Origin: Vicugna vicugna
Taxonomy: Eukaryota
Assembly (NCBI GenBank): GCA_013265495.1
Contig: MU058451.1
Span: 603,023 to 667,022 of the forward strand
DNA: 64,000 nucleotides
Direction of reading: 5' to 3'
The translations under genes were made by a program, and so were the position numbers. Below are positions 24,277 to 37,780 of this stretch, one piece after another (the first letter of the stretch is position 1; the number at the start of each line of letters is the position of its first letter). The notes under the pieces were generated by a model. The model was given only the letters and a program-made list of their open reading frames with translations. It was not told where the DNA came from and ran no database searches.

Positions 24277-24842
24277 GAAATCTAGTTTCTACAGCAAGAC
24301 TTTCTTGCTGTGAAATTGTGAATTACTGCAATAATATATATTATCAAAATTATTTGTAGTCTTTTGAGAATTTTTTTAATGAAAACATTAGATCATAATA
24401 TTTTTAGAGGTAGATTGGCTTAAATATAATGTTCAGAAAATACTGGAAAAAATGAACTTTGATTCTGAGGTAGTGACTAAGGAAATACAAAAGACCATTT
24501 TCATTTAGGGAAAAGTAGAGCATTTTCAGCCATTATGTCTTTTAGAAAAGGAATAGTCAAATAATTGGTTAACATTATCCTCTATTTTTACCTATTTTAA
24601 ATGTTAACATGGTGTCTGGCACGTAGTAAGTACACAACACTTATCTGTTTTTTTTTTAACACAGTTATAAGTACAAGATTATTGCTTTCGATCTGGAATT
24701 TAGAGAAGTTAAGACCTATGTTTGCTTTCCTCTCTCTCTCTTTTTCATTAGATTTTGTAGCTCTGTTCTTTATTCAGGGCTGACCCTTTTTATTTAGCTG
24801 TTTCTTAGCCTCATCTTATTCTCATTTTTTTTTCATTAGCAT

Positions 24843-25233
24843 TGTATAGCTTTGTTAGGGCTACCATAACAAAATATCACAGACTGAGTGGTTTAAACAA
24901 CAGAAATTTATTTTCTTGCAGCTCTAGGGGCTAGAAATCGCAATCAAGGCATCTGTATATTTGGTTTCTTGTGAAACTTACATACTTGCCTTGCAGATGG
25001 CTGCCTTCTGGCTGTGTCCTCACATGGTTCTCCTTCAGTCTCTATGCTTGGTGTCTGTCTCCTAATCTTTCCTTCTAATAAGGACAGCATTCATATTGGA
25101 TTAGTGCTCACTCCTATGACCTCATTTTACCTTAACAACCTCTTTAAAGGCCCTATTCTTCAAATATGGTCTGAGGTATTGGGGGTTAGGGTTTAACATA
25201 TGAATTTTGGAAGGACACAATTCAGCCTACAAA
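24843..25233 (-). mobile_element. ERVL-MaLR solo LTR (MLT1A/B-like)
   Basis: tagggctaccataacaaaatatcacagactgagtggtttaaacaacagaaatttatt ... gaattttggaaggacacaattcagc. Confidence 0.9.
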
Positions 25234-28200
25234 AACCTCCTTGAACAAATGCCTTTTACTGCATCAGGAATTCAGATAGACCCCAAAATAGGCCTCTGTA
25301 AAAGACCAAAGTGAGGACTAAGTAGATTTGAAAACGTTCTGTTAAGGTGATCATATCTTCCTGCCAGCTACATACCAAGAACCTAAAAGAAATTGAGCAC
25401 CAAGTCTAAATAAAATTGTATATCCTCATTCCTCATTCTCTCTCCCCCCCCCCACTCTTACTCTATGTAAGAGCCATGGGCAGGCATTTATACCTTAGAA
25501 CATTAGGAAGGGCAAAAAATAGTGTCTAGTGAGTATCTATGATTACACAAAGAAAGGTATTTTATAGTCTTCTTGAATTTTGGTATATAGTCTTAGATTT
25601 CAGTGGGCTCAATTTAAATGAAAGAAGCACTTCTTGAAAGATGTAACTCTTAGATACAAGGACTCATTAGAGCAACAAATAAGAGCTAGTATTAATAGAG
25701 ATGTTAATGATAATCACAGAGGTCCTGCAAGATTTTGATGCTTTTTCAACCCTCAAAGTCACGTTAAAATTGTTCATTATGCATCAGTGGCAAGAGTATT
25801 TAATTTTGAGTTGAATTAAGTTCCACACTCATCATGATTCTCTGGTTTCTTCTTTGTGTAGACTCTCTGAAACATGGAGTCCTGATGTTTGACGTTTTGC
25901 TAGAAGTTCTCTTTCCTGTTTGAGTTTTTTGGTGAAAAATAAATTGTTAATTTGGAGCTCTTCCCCGTACACCCTGCCCTGCTCTGTTACTGATCGTATC
26001 CTCAAGATTTTTCCTGTTGGAGTTCCCAGCTGGACTTGGTTGACTTTCCTATCCTTAACTCATTGAGTGGTCAGCTCAGCTACCTTGAAAATTTGCTAGC
26101 CTGCATTCTTCTCGGAGTCTCATTGCCTGGGAGATTGATTTCCTCCTTTTATGCTTTCCCTCAAAGTTTTCCTGGAATAGAACATTTTATTCATACAACT
26201 CTCTCACAGAATCCTGATAAGATATCTCACTTTTGGAAAATTATCTTCAGTTCTAGTAAAAAGGACATTTTCTTGAAGCTTGACTTACTAGTTCTCTCTT
26301 CAGCTTCTGAAAATACCAAGTTTCTATAGTTCTTTCATGAGACCACCCTAAAGAGCTTCTTTTGTCAAAGATTCAGGCACTAAGTGTCCCAAACGATTGC
26401 ACAGCCATGTCTGTGAATGTCATTGTTGTCCTCTAGAATTTTAATAGATAAGCCATGGGGAACTCTACTAGACACCTGGAAACTTAAGGATCCTTTGAAA
26501 ATTGATCATTCATTTGTGGGATCTATGGACACACTCTATTAACTATCCATTTCCTTCCTCTTTCCCTCTCCCATGCAATGACTGTACGAGAAAATCGAAT
26601 TTTCTGCAAAGAGACTAAAATGAATTGTACTTCTTTCAGCAAAGTCTAGTTTGTTTTTTATATGTATAATATATATATATATATTATTTTGTAACTGATT
26701 TTTAAATTAGGGAATGTAATAGAATAAATGATTCATCAGGAAAAATAGAGTCAGAGACCTCAGAATAGTAGATAAGTGTGTTGGTAAAAATGAATTTCTA
26801 TTACAGCTTATTTTGGGTCTTGTTTTCTAAGGTAAGACTCTATTGGCTGTGTGTTGGGCTAAGCCATTTGTATTGTAAATTCTCAGATGTTGAATTTTTA
26901 CTCTAATTTTCCAAGATTTGACTGAGTCTTGAGTCAAAACTGAGTGTGGACTATAGAAAAAAAGCAAGGGATGAAGTTGGAACTAATCAGTTTTGTGATG
27001 TATCAGAAGCTTTGTAAAAGGTCTATTTGCCTGTCTTTTGTTATTAGCAGAATCAAACATTGACTTCTTTTGGTCCGTCTATTATTATTTTTCATTATTG
27101 GGCATTCTTCATCCAATGACATAATTAGATAATGTAACTTTCGCATTTTTTTGGATAGAAGACATCAGTTTAGCCTAATTTAAGTCAGAAAAAATGGCTT
27201 AAATAATTCTTATATTTAAGTTATGAGAAATTGAAAGACATGGAAAACTTACCTTCTTCTATCTAGATAAAATCTTTTGTATTGATATATGTTATTTCCT
27301 TTAAGAAATGTAATAGCTCAGGTTGGTTGATTCTGCAGGCTTTTCATTGCCCATATATAGATCTTTTTCTGTTATAGCTAATTGATAAACTCTCTAGGTA
27401 ACATTTCTGTGCTAGTCTCAAACACTGTATATGTAGAAATGGAACTTAGCTGTTTAATATGTTGATATAAGTAAAAGATTAGCTTCTTTTAAAATAAAAA
27501 TGCTCACGTTATAATGTTAAAAATGAATCAATTTGTGTGATGCATTTGTATCCTATATAAGTTTAGTTTAACAGCAATAATTTCCTGAAGCTGTTTTTTA
27601 GACCACTTGAAAAAAAAGTTTAACAAGTAAAACACAATGCAGGCTACAGGCTCATAATATGTAGCTCCTCTAAGTGATCCCCCAACTTTTAAAATTTGTT
27701 GGACATAAAAGCGGTGCTAATCTGATTAGTAACTGTGATTGAGTAAATCTACTGTAAAAATGGACCGTGTTCTGGTTTTTAACATGATACCATGAACGTC
27801 ATTTGAGAACTGCCTCTGTGGAACATAAAAGTCTCTTTGATGGAATATTTATTCCATGATTAAAAACTATATTTAGTTTTTATTTACGTGTGTGTATATG
27901 ATTTGTGTTGTTTATTTTCATAAAGTCATAAAATTTAGTTCTTAGAAAACAGGCAGGAAAGAAAAACAGTACGACACAAACATCAGTCAAGTCTGGATGT
28001 GAACGTAGTTACCAAAAATTAAGACCCAAGATGATCCAGTGCTCTTTTTAACTTCCACTCCACCCTTCCCCAGACATATGTAGAGAAAAGAGAACTAATA
28101 TCTGAGAGACTATTGTGTGTAAGCATTTTACCTGTGGTACCTCATTTAATTAGAAAAGTAAGAAGGACATTTGGAAAGCTTATAAGGTTGAAAAAAACCT

Positions 28201-29584
28201 GTTAGCTATATTGTGAGATCTTGGAAATATTCCTCAGCCTTCTATCTAGGCTGTAGTATATTTTAGCAGTCACAGATACTTCTCTAAAAGCAAAGAAGTT
28301 CACTCCTTGGCCTCCACATACACTGCAATTAGACATTTTGCAAAATGCCAAAAATCTCTGGCAGTTTAAGCAAAGTCCAGAAAAATGTCAGCACTGCTTA
28401 TTAATGTATTTATTGGAAAAAGGGAGGTCATTTTCAAGTTGTTAATATGTATAAAAATATACCAAGAAAGGAAAGATTAAGCAAGTAAAATTAAATTTGC
28501 TTATTTCATAGTTAATCTGGAATTTAAACTGAAACTTCCAATTTTATCATAGTAGATATCTGTTAAAAATGTCAAATTCTGTGATCCATTTTAATATTTT
28601 TTAATAAATCCAGTGAACAATTTATTTATAAATAAAATCACTTGATGCTTTTATAAGGCTTTTTGTACAAGAATATTGTTATTAACAATGTCATAAAACA
28701 TGAGTGCAGACATCATGGAAGACACTTGATAATCTGTGAGATGGGAGCAATTAGCTGAAGAAAGTTAAGGTTTTGTTTCAGCTTGGCTGCCTGATATTTT
28801 CCTGACTTGCATGGCAATTTTTGAAAGAATTGACCAAGTTTGGTATCATTTTAAGGATTTTAAACAGCATACTGTTTGCTTTGTGGTGGAGTCTTCCATC
28901 TTCAAAGAAGATGAAGGTTAATGAAAAGATTTTAGTGAATAAAAAAGTAACCTGCAAGTAAACTTGGATTTTAATGTATGATTTAACTATGAAACCAGCA
29001 ATTCATATATCCCTTGGTTTACAGTTATACTAACACATGATTGGTCCCCTTTCTGTAGCTTACGAGTGTATAAAGAAGAAGACAGTAGGGGGGATACTAT
29101 ATGGAGACTGGGACAAGAGCTTCTGAGGTTTGGATGGGGGCTTCAGGTTGACTACCTAAACATTCAATTTAATGTGTAGGAAGGACTGGTGGGGGGAATG
29201 GGAATAGTGGTTAGGAGAATAGAGTATATGGCGACCATGACGGTTACATTATCCCTTAATTATATTATCCAGTGGGTCGCTAGAGTCCTGAGAATAAAGT
29301 CCAAACTCCCATTCTAAGATCAATACATGCATTAATTTTTCCATCCCTCCCTGTTATTTCCCCAACAATTCTCAGTTGTCACCTTTCAGAAGAATTAAAC
29401 TGCTTTCATTACCAATGAAATTCAATCTGTTTTCATCCAAGAAACAGAAATTTTCCTATTGAAAACCACAATAACTTTTACCAACAAAATAAATGGAACA
29501 TATGTTATTTCTTTGGCATTTATTGTCACAAATTCTTCTGTTGTGGTTTATCTTTTGTATGAAAAGAATAAAATTTATTGCCCA

Positions 29585-29750
29585 AGTATGAACTAAATCC
29601 TAGCTCCTCTACTTACTAAATGCATGACCTTTTGCAAATTACTTAATTTTTCTCTGCCTCAGTATCTTATTTGGGATAAGGAAATAATAGAGCTTCTGTA
29701 TCGATTAAACAGGAAAATACAAGTAAGCACTAATTAATTGCTAGCTAAAA
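29585..29750 (+). mobile_element. MIR SINE
   Basis: aatcctagctcctctacttactaaatgcatgaccttttgcaaattacttaat. Confidence 0.75.
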
Positions 29751-29924
29751 CTATTCTTGTTGTTGTTGTTTGTTATTACATACTTAATTTCCATGAGCTT
29801 CTGGCGGTCCTTAGGACCTGGCTCTGGGTTAGGAAGTAGAAATTTTGGACAAAGGATTTGGCTATTTTTAAGCTCCTTGATATTGGACTATTTTTCCAAA
29901 AAGAGTCTAGTAATTTTTGCAATG

Positions 29925-30310
29925 TACCTGTGGAAGTTCCCATTTCACCTGTACCAACACACCATTTTTATAATTTTGAGTCTTTGCTAAGTAATGTTCA
30001 AACAGGATTTTCCATATTCTGGCTTTAATTTTCATTTCTGTGATGATTAAACAGGTTGATTTTAAAATGAGTTTATTTATTTGAAAAAGGCCTTTGATTT
30101 GTTTTTCTTTGCAGTCTTATTGTTTTGCTCATCAATTTTCATCAGGCCTTTGTTGAAGGATATTAGCTGTTTGTCTTATTTGTTGTAAATATTTCTTCCT
30201 TTTAATTTTATATTTTATATGTGTGGAAATTTTGTGCTTATATAGTGAAATCTGTTGATCTTTTTTCCTTTGAGATTTCTTGCACTGAAAAGCTGCCATT
30301 CTTAAGATTT
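29925..30310 (-). mobile_element. Very old L1 fragment (L1ME-like)
   Basis: cccatttcacctgtaccaacacc ... ctttaattttcatttctgtgatgatta ... tttgttgtaaatatttcttcc. Confidence 0.55.
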
Positions 30311-30519
30311 GTGAAACCTGCTGGTTCAGACCTAGTCCTGATTAGTGTAGTATAAAGAGTTGTTTGCTCATCAGTTTTAAGGACTTGGAGTCATTTATTT
30401 GTGTGAGCTTACAGAGTCACTTACTCTTAGTAATTAAAACTTATCAATCATCATAGCAAAGGTTTCCTACTAAATATAAATTTGTTTTTATATAAATCAG
30501 ATATCCAGTGTCTGTTGAT

Positions 30520-30700
30520 ATAGCACATTATAGTTTACAAAGCACTTCTAACAAGTAGTCTGTAATTTTATTTCACTCCTCCGAACAACATTATGGGATA
30601 GAATAAGATGGATATCATTATATTGTATCTACAAATCTTAGAAAGGATTGGCTTTTCTAAGGTTATGCAAGTAGTGAACGGCAGAGTTTGGACTGGAATA
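30520..30700 (-). mobile_element. MIR SINE
   Basis: tagcacattatagtttacaaagcactt ... ctaaggttatgcaagtagtgaacggcagagtttggactggaa. Confidence 0.7.
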
Positions 30701-31104
30701 ATATACTTTGTAACTTTTTAAGGATTTAACTTCTTTGGATTTTAAAATTCCAAATTCTTGCTGTTCCAAATACATGCTAGAGAAGAGGAAAGGAAACATT
30801 TGTTGAACTAATATTTATATTTAAAATATTTACATTTGAGTCTCTACCTTGATTAAATATCCTTTAATTTCTTTTTATTTTCCCTCTAGCAGAAACTATG
30901 TAATTTCCTATTAATAAAGACTTCTTTTCATTAATCTCATCTCCATCTCATAAACCCTCCCCCTTTTTTAAAAAAAATCATTTTTCAGTAAAGCTCTGCA
31001 TTTTTACCCTTCTAGCAATTTGTGCTGATTTTGGCCAAATTAGTCATACTTCTTTTCAAAGATGAAAACTGTGTTTGGCTCTCATAAATATTTAGATCCA
31101 GGAT

Positions 31105-31290
31105 GCTTTATATAATCATTATCTCCTTTAATTTTCAAAGTAGTGTATAAGGTTGATATTATTATTACGCTTTCCATTTTACTGGTAATGAACAAACTTA
31201 GACAGATTACCTAACTTGCCCAAGGCCTCACACCTAGTAAATATCCATGCTTGAAACCCAGGTATTTCCCTCCTGCATCCTACTGCCTCC
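31105..31290 (-). mobile_element. MIR SINE
   Basis: ccattttactggtaatgaacaaac ... taacttgcccaaggcctcacacctagtaa. Confidence 0.7.
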
Positions 31291-32049
31291 CTGGCAGGGA
31301 TGACTGAAATTCTTTTCACCTGTTATGATCCTAGAAGTAGTTTTTCTTATGTGTCTGAGCAGCTGTAAATGCACTTCTTGGTTCCTATCCCATAAACCTA
31401 ATTCCATCTCAGGGTCATTCTGCACAGCTTGACTTACACATAAAAATTAACTTTTAAGAGGTTTACTTTAGCTTGATAGCCATCTATTCACTGATCTAGA
31501 AAGCAGGTATCCTGAGTGCAATTTCCTTTCTATAAATGAATACTTTGCCCCACTCTTCTGTGAGCTCATTCTTATAGAGTATCACATTTGCATTATTGTT
31601 CCAGACTAGATGAGGGCATACTGACCTACAGTTCTGAAATCCTTTTGGTCTTCAAGTTTCCACAAACAACTGGGCCTGGGTGTGCAAGGGACCCGGACAT
31701 TGAATTTTGTTGTTGTTGTTGTTGGAAAAAAGTAAAAGAAAAGAGAAATGGAAAGTACTTTGCAAAAATGGTCACACACAGCTCTTGGAGTGGAAGAAAA
31801 GATTTATAGAAAAAGATGAAAGGAGCTGAATTCCCACAACACAGACAAAAGATGATTGAGGAGGGAAGTCCTTACTTACAGGATTGATATTAAAAAAGAA
31901 TTCTGCTGAGAAGAGAATGAGCTGAAAGGAAGGTTAGTTGTAGCCGAGTATTTAATGTAAAACATGTTTATGTGTGTGTATGTGTGTGTGTGCATATATA
32001 TACACATACTAGGAATGCTGTGTAATTACTGGATTATTCATATTAATAT

Positions 32050-32225
32050 TACTAGCTAACCCCAATTCAATGTTACTATGTGTTAGACAGTTAACTCATT
32101 TAATCCTCAAAACAAACCCATGAGTAAGGTACACTTTTATCTCTGTTTTATAAATGAGACTTAGAGAGGCTACTAACTTGCTCAAGGTCACAGAACTAGT
32201 AAGTTGTGGAACTGCGAAACAAACC
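32050..32225 (-). mobile_element. MIR SINE
   Basis: ctcatttaatcctcaaaacaaaccc ... aacttgctcaaggtcacagaactagtaag. Confidence 0.8.
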
Positions 32226-32349
32226 CTTAATAGCACTTACCATGCTCCATAATTATTTATGTGCTTTCCGTCCTTCTCCTCCACCAGAATGTAAGCTCCG
32301 TAACGGGATGCCTATGTCTGTCTTTTCACTGCTTCTCAAAGTGCAATCT

Positions 32350-32788
32350 AAATATAAGAAAAATCACATAATACTTAAGACATACAAAAGATTTAAAGAA
32401 TAATGCAATGGGTATCCATAGACTCACCAACAGATTAAAGATATAGCATATTACCAAGTAGTAGTGGAAACTCTCTGTGTAGCTCCCCACAATGTACTCA
32501 CTTCCTCAAAGTAACCATATGTTTCTTTCTTTTTAAAAATTATATATTTATATGTTTCTAAGGAATATATAATATAATTCTGCATTTAAAAACTTTGCAC
32601 TTTTATAAAAATGCTCTTATGTGTATATTCTTCTGCAACTTACTGTTGTGTTTGCGAGATTCAACTATGTTGATATATGAAGATTTAATTCATTCATTTT
32701 CACTGACACATTGTATTCTATTGTAATAACCATACCAATATTTATCCTTTCACTGCTGATGGACATTTAGGTTGCTTCCATTTATTTC
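32350..32788 (-). mobile_element. L1ME-like 3' end
   Basis: tattcttctgcaacttact ... gctgatggacatttaggttgcttcca. Confidence 0.7.
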
Positions 32789-32789
32789 A

Positions 32790-33160
32790 ATGTAGTCCAA
32801 ATTCATATTAGCTTTTGAATAACGAACTCACACTGTTAGTTTTTAAATGTGCCATTGCTTGTCTATGATTTGCCAATCTTGTTTCAGTTCATTTTCTGAA
32901 AAATTTTAATGAAAGACCTTATGTTTTGTCCCAATTATATTTCATATTAAATTTTTTGAGGTAGATTTTTCACTTAAAAATCTATCTTGTTAGCTTCACG
33001 TAATTTTTCAGCTTGTCAAAATTTTTTTGGATTGTAATGTGATCACCTGGTATTTTAACTCTTCTTCCATCTTCATGTTATTCACAAATTTGATAAGAAA
33101 TCCTTCTGTATATTCATTTAAGCCATTGATAAGAATTATGTTGAGTAGGATAGGAGCTGT
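32790..33160 (-). mobile_element. L3/CR1 LINE RT fragment
   Basis: ORF 33008-33220 contains ILLNIILINGLNEYTEGFLIKFVNNMKM, resembling the CR1 RT segment LFNIFINDLD..I...LIKFADDTKL. Confidence 0.7.
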
Positions 33161-34199
33161 TATGCAATGATGCAAAGTCTGTAATTTGCCATGCAATAGT
33201 TTGGATTTACCATAGATCAAAGCAAATTTATTGTTTAGAACTAGATTTGAGGAGGTAAAACATTTGCTACTTTAAACTACCACAGATTCAGGACAGATCC
33301 TGAGACTGAAAATTGTGCTCTGGATTCTCTCCCAAGTATGATCATTGAGTTGGATTAGTTGACCAGATGAATGAGTAAGAATCAAGGGAAATGTAGTAAA
33401 GACAAAATCATGCTGGTATTTTTCATCTTAGAGTTAATCCTAATATGATCACATGAAAAAAATTTTTTAACTATTTCTGTGGTTTGAATTTAAGGCTCTT
33501 ACATCTGTCAACCACGAGGAGGAGCTATGGTCTAATAAGGAAGAAGCTTGCCTTTTCTGGTTGGGAGTGGCAGCTCAAAAGATGATTTTTAAAAAAGAGG
33601 CATCTCTTTTTATAGCTTGGAAAATTATCTTTATCAAAAATGAAACTTTTATAAGAAAATTTAAATGTGCAATCTAGTCTTTATTTTCAAAAGGAAAAGA
33701 AACAAGACAATTATATATACTTCAAATAAAACCCCTTCCACTAAGGAAAAAAAGTGAGTTTTCCTTTCTCTTCTAATTAGTTGGATATATAGAACAGACC
33801 AATTGGCTCATTCTTTAATTATTCACCCAAAATCCTAGGCTTTAGAATGGACAGAGATCTCAGCATCATCTGGTTTGCTTCTTTGCCTTCATGCCTTCAG
33901 GTATTAAAGTTTTAAGAAATATAGTATAGTCTCAATAATCATTTATTGAATGAATGAATGACCATTCACTGATGTAGGCCACATAGGTTAATTAAGTTAA
34001 CCATGGGAAAACAATAGTCAGCCAATGGGGTAAGGATTTGGGAAGAGGAGAAATATCACACCAAATCCCAGGTTTCTAGTTCCTTGGATTATACTTCATA
34101 TACAAAATTATGCTGTCCTTTCTGCCTTCTCTGCTTAAGTATAGTCTAAATGTTAAGTTAACACACTATTTTTAGCCACGTTCAAAGATACAGTAATCT

Positions 34200-34340
34200 A
34201 CTTTGAGGTATAGTGAGCTTCCAGCCACTGTACATACATAAACGGAGGCTGGCACAATCCACTTGTTTTGGGAGATTGTAGAGGAGATTCCTGCATAAGA
34301 TGTAACTTTAGAATAGCTGATCTTGAAGATTCTTTTCACC
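34200..34340 (+). mobile_element. L3/CR1 3' end fragment
   Basis: tagtgagcttccagccactg ... ggaggctgg ... gagattcctgcat ... gatcttgaagattctttt. Confidence 0.55.
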
Positions 34341-34394
34341 GCCAATATTTTAGTTTATTTTGTTTCATTCTATTCTGTTGTCTAATTTAAGGAA

Positions 34395-35215
34395 AACATT
34401 TTATTATGGATAATTTTAAACATACAGATAAGTAGAAAGAATTTTACAGTCAATACCCATATACCCACCACACTGATTCTGCCATTAAGATTTTACTATA
34501 ATTGTCCTATCACATATCTAGCCATCTCTATCTTAATTTTTGGGGGCATTATTTTAAAGTAAATTGTAGATATTAGTATGCTTCTCCTTAACCTCTTCAG
34601 CATGTACAATTTATATGTAGAGTTCTGTATTTGTTTAGTTTTTTTAGGTAAAATGTTCACCTCAAAATGCAGAAGTCTTAAGTGAACATTTGCTGAATTT
34701 TGACAAGTTGAATACACCTGTGTAACCTAAACTCCTCTCAGATACAGAGCATTCCCATAACTCTAGATGTTTCCCTCACGTCCCTTCCCAGTCAATCCCT
34801 GTCCCCTACCCAGAGGTAACCACTGTTCCTTTTTTTTTTTTAACATAAGATTAGTTTTACTTTTGTAGAACTTCATGTAAATGGAAATACACTATATACT
34901 CTTTGTGACTGGCTTCTTTTACTCAGCATACTGTTTCTGAGATTCATCAGTCTTGTTGCCTGTATCAGTAGCTTGTTCCTCTTATTTATGACCAGTATTC
35001 CATTGTATAAATACACTACAGGGTTTTTTTTTTTAAATCCATTCTCCTATTGATGGATGTTTATTTTTTTTCCAACCCTTTGATTTACAAATAAAGTTGC
35101 TACAGACTTTTTTGTACCAGTGTTTTTTATGGATATAACGTTTTTCTGTCTCTTGGGTGAATACCTAGGTGTGGAATTGCTAGGTTAAGGTACATGTGCA
35201 TTCAGTTTTATAAAT
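34395..35215 (-). mobile_element. Old L1 3' ends (L1MD/ME-like, probably two pieces)
   Basis: ttttattatggataattttaaacatacag; cccagaggtaaccactgttc; ctggcttcttttactcagcat. Confidence 0.8.
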
Positions 35216-35451
35216 ATTTCATTTTTAGAAACAAATGTCTATAGAATACCTGTGATATGTACTGTGCTAGGTATTGGGGATACAGTTGTGAAGATTAATC
35301 AGTCTCTTAATATGTATCATGTTTTTTTCCCCTACAGGTTCAATGTATTATTTTAGAGTTTTCTTTTATGAAGTTGATCGGGCACATTTTCTAAATTACT
35401 TTGTGATTTTTATTTCAAAATAAATAGCCTCATTAGAAACTATTCCCATGA

Positions 35452-35575
35452 CTACACAGTGGTTAGTACCACAGGTTCTGGAGCCAGAATACCTGGGTTC
35501 AGATCCCAGTTCTACTCCTTATAGCTGTGTGGCCAGCAAAAGCTTACTTAACCTCTCTATGCCCCAGCTACCTCC
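35452..35575 (+). mobile_element. MIR SINE
   Basis: cagtggttagtaccacaggttctggagccagaatacctgggttcagatcccag. Confidence 0.8.
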
Positions 35576-35589
35576 TGTGATAGCTTCTT

Positions 35590-35770
35590 GTACATACTTC
35601 TAATACCACTTATTTAATTATATTGCAATTATTTTCACATGTATTTGTTTTCTCCGCTAGCTGTGGGCTTCTTGAATCAGAGCCCATATCTCACTTATGT
35701 ATGGAATGTTAGTACAAAGCATAATACACAGAATAGCAAGTACTCAGTAAACATTTGGTGAATAAATGAC
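35590..35770 (+). mobile_element. L2 3' end
   Basis: Ends agcaagtactcagtaaacatttggtgaataaatga. Confidence 0.7.
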
Positions 35771-36624
35771 TTACTAAGGCTTTTTGGGGTTAAGACATAG
35801 TTTCCAACAAGGCTCCATACGACTGTAAATGAGAAGCTTGGGGATAGGAAACCCTGTAAACATGTGCTATCACATTATTGTGGATTTTTTTCTTTCAGAT
35901 TATCAGTGTTCAGAGCAGTGAGCTGAAGAGATGGGACAAGGGACAGGCACCTTTTGGAAGTGGGATATAGAACAGAGGGTTGCCATGAGCCCAAGCCCTG
36001 GCGAAAGGGGTCAAAGGAGAAGATGTATGGGTTAAGGGCTTCAAAGGTGAGGAATGGAGCCAGAGAAATAAAACTAGCAAACGTCACAATTAGTCAAGTC
36101 CTGGTTGTGCTGTATCAGCTCTGGTTTGGAGGCAACGAAAATGCCTGTTGAATTCTTGTTTTCCTTGGATTTCAATAGATTCTATAATTGAGAGAGAAGC
36201 AGTGTTCTCTTAGGGTCACTGAGCAGGCCGTGGGGGATGCGCGTTCCCTCGCTCTGGTCCTCTGTTTCAGTATTGTACTAATCAGGAACAGATACCATGA
36301 GAATGGTGAAAATTACCAGCTAATGTTGACGCTGAATGAAATGTCATGAGGTTTTTAACTGGTATCCCTTGTTTACATGTTCATGATTCTTCACTGTTAC
36401 TGAAAATCATCTTCCCAGTTAGGGCTTGAAATCTCCTTGAATATCATTGCTGAGGCAGAAGTTCAGGCATTTGATGTTACCGTTAGTGACAAAAATTTCT
36501 GTTCCTTTAGAGAGGAACTTAAGTAGTGCCGAAAAGGACAGCTGATCTGGGATCAGGTACGATTATCGTTAATCTTTTTCAAGAGTTAATTATTGGATAC
36601 ATTCCTAAAGAAGAATAATAAGGC

Positions 36625-36772
36625 TGATAATAGATTTGTTGAGCACTTACTATGTTCCAGGTCCAGTGCAGAACAGTTTTATATTTCTGATCCCTTCTTA
36701 TTCTCACAACCCTCCTATGTAATAAATATTGTTGCACCCATTTTATGGCAAAGTTGAGGCTTGGAGAAGGCA
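36625..36772 (-). mobile_element. MIR SINE
   Basis: tttgttgagcacttactatgttccagg ... cccattttatggcaaag. Confidence 0.75.
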
Positions 36773-36857
36773 TATATCAGATATTTTATAATTTTATTTT
36801 GTTAGGTAGTTACCATTACCCTCTATTTCACAGGAAACAGGCTGCAAAAGACTCAGA

Positions 36858-37035
36858 ATGAACGCTTACTGAATGCCTAGTATGTATCAGGCATTCTGTT
36901 AATAGCATTCCATCATTATTTGATTTCATAACCTCATGACAACCCTGCCAGGTAGGTGCCATTATCCCTACACTATAAATGAGAACACTGAGGCTCAGGG
37001 ATGTAAGTAATTGGCCCAAATTCATATATTCAGTG
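36858..37035 (-). mobile_element. MIR SINE
   Basis: aaatgagaacactgaggctcagggatgtaagtaattggcccaa. Confidence 0.85.
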
Positions 37036-37419
37036 AACAAAAACAAAACAAATTTGGGAGTCAGAAGCAGTCACGACTTCTCCTTAAAGCCCGTATTACC
37101 TCACAGATACAGTGTTCTCTCTCTGATACTTAATTTATCCCAGGCACAAAGTTAGAAATAGAGTGAAGTTTCTGTCTGTTCTTTCTGCTACATCCTGCTG
37201 CTGCTGCTGTGCGGTTTTAGTTTGTTTCATCAGTGTGTCCTCTGCAAAGGTAGAGAAAACAGGTCAAGGGTTTGCTGTTTGCGAGACATTTTCAAATCCA
37301 TGTGATTAAGCGACCTTGTATACTCCTTGTCGCTAGACTAAATACTGTGATAGCAAATCCTTTAACCTTCGCTTATAGATCAGCCTCTAGTATTTTCAGC
37401 CTCTGATATTTTCGCTTAT

Positions 37420-37780
37420 CCTTTTTCATTGTGATAAAATAAAACGTCATGTTTCCCATTTAACCATTTTAAGTGTACAGTTCAGTAGTGTTAAGTATAT
37501 TCACATTGTTGTGAAACAGATCTCTAGAACTTTTTCATCTTGCAAAACCGAAACTCGATATATACCCATTAAACTCTTAATTCCCCCTGCCCCTAAGCTC
37601 TTGGCCACCACCTTTATACTTTCTGTTTCTGTGCATTTGACCGTACTTTAGAAACCTCATATAAGCGGAGTCAAACAGTATTTGTCTTTTTGTGACTGGC
37701 TTATTTCACTTAGCGGAATGTCCTCAAGGTTTATCCACATTGTAGCATGTGACAGGAGTTCCTCCCTTTTTAAGGTTGCT
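37420..37780 (-). mobile_element. L1MA/MB-like 3' end
   Basis: ttaaccattttaagtgtacagttcagtagtgttaagtatattcacattgttgtg. Confidence 0.85.

Noticed and set aside
31882..31932. Possible small exon (cttacag ... gaag/gttagt)
   Set aside because: Weak pyrimidine tract and stops in all three frames.
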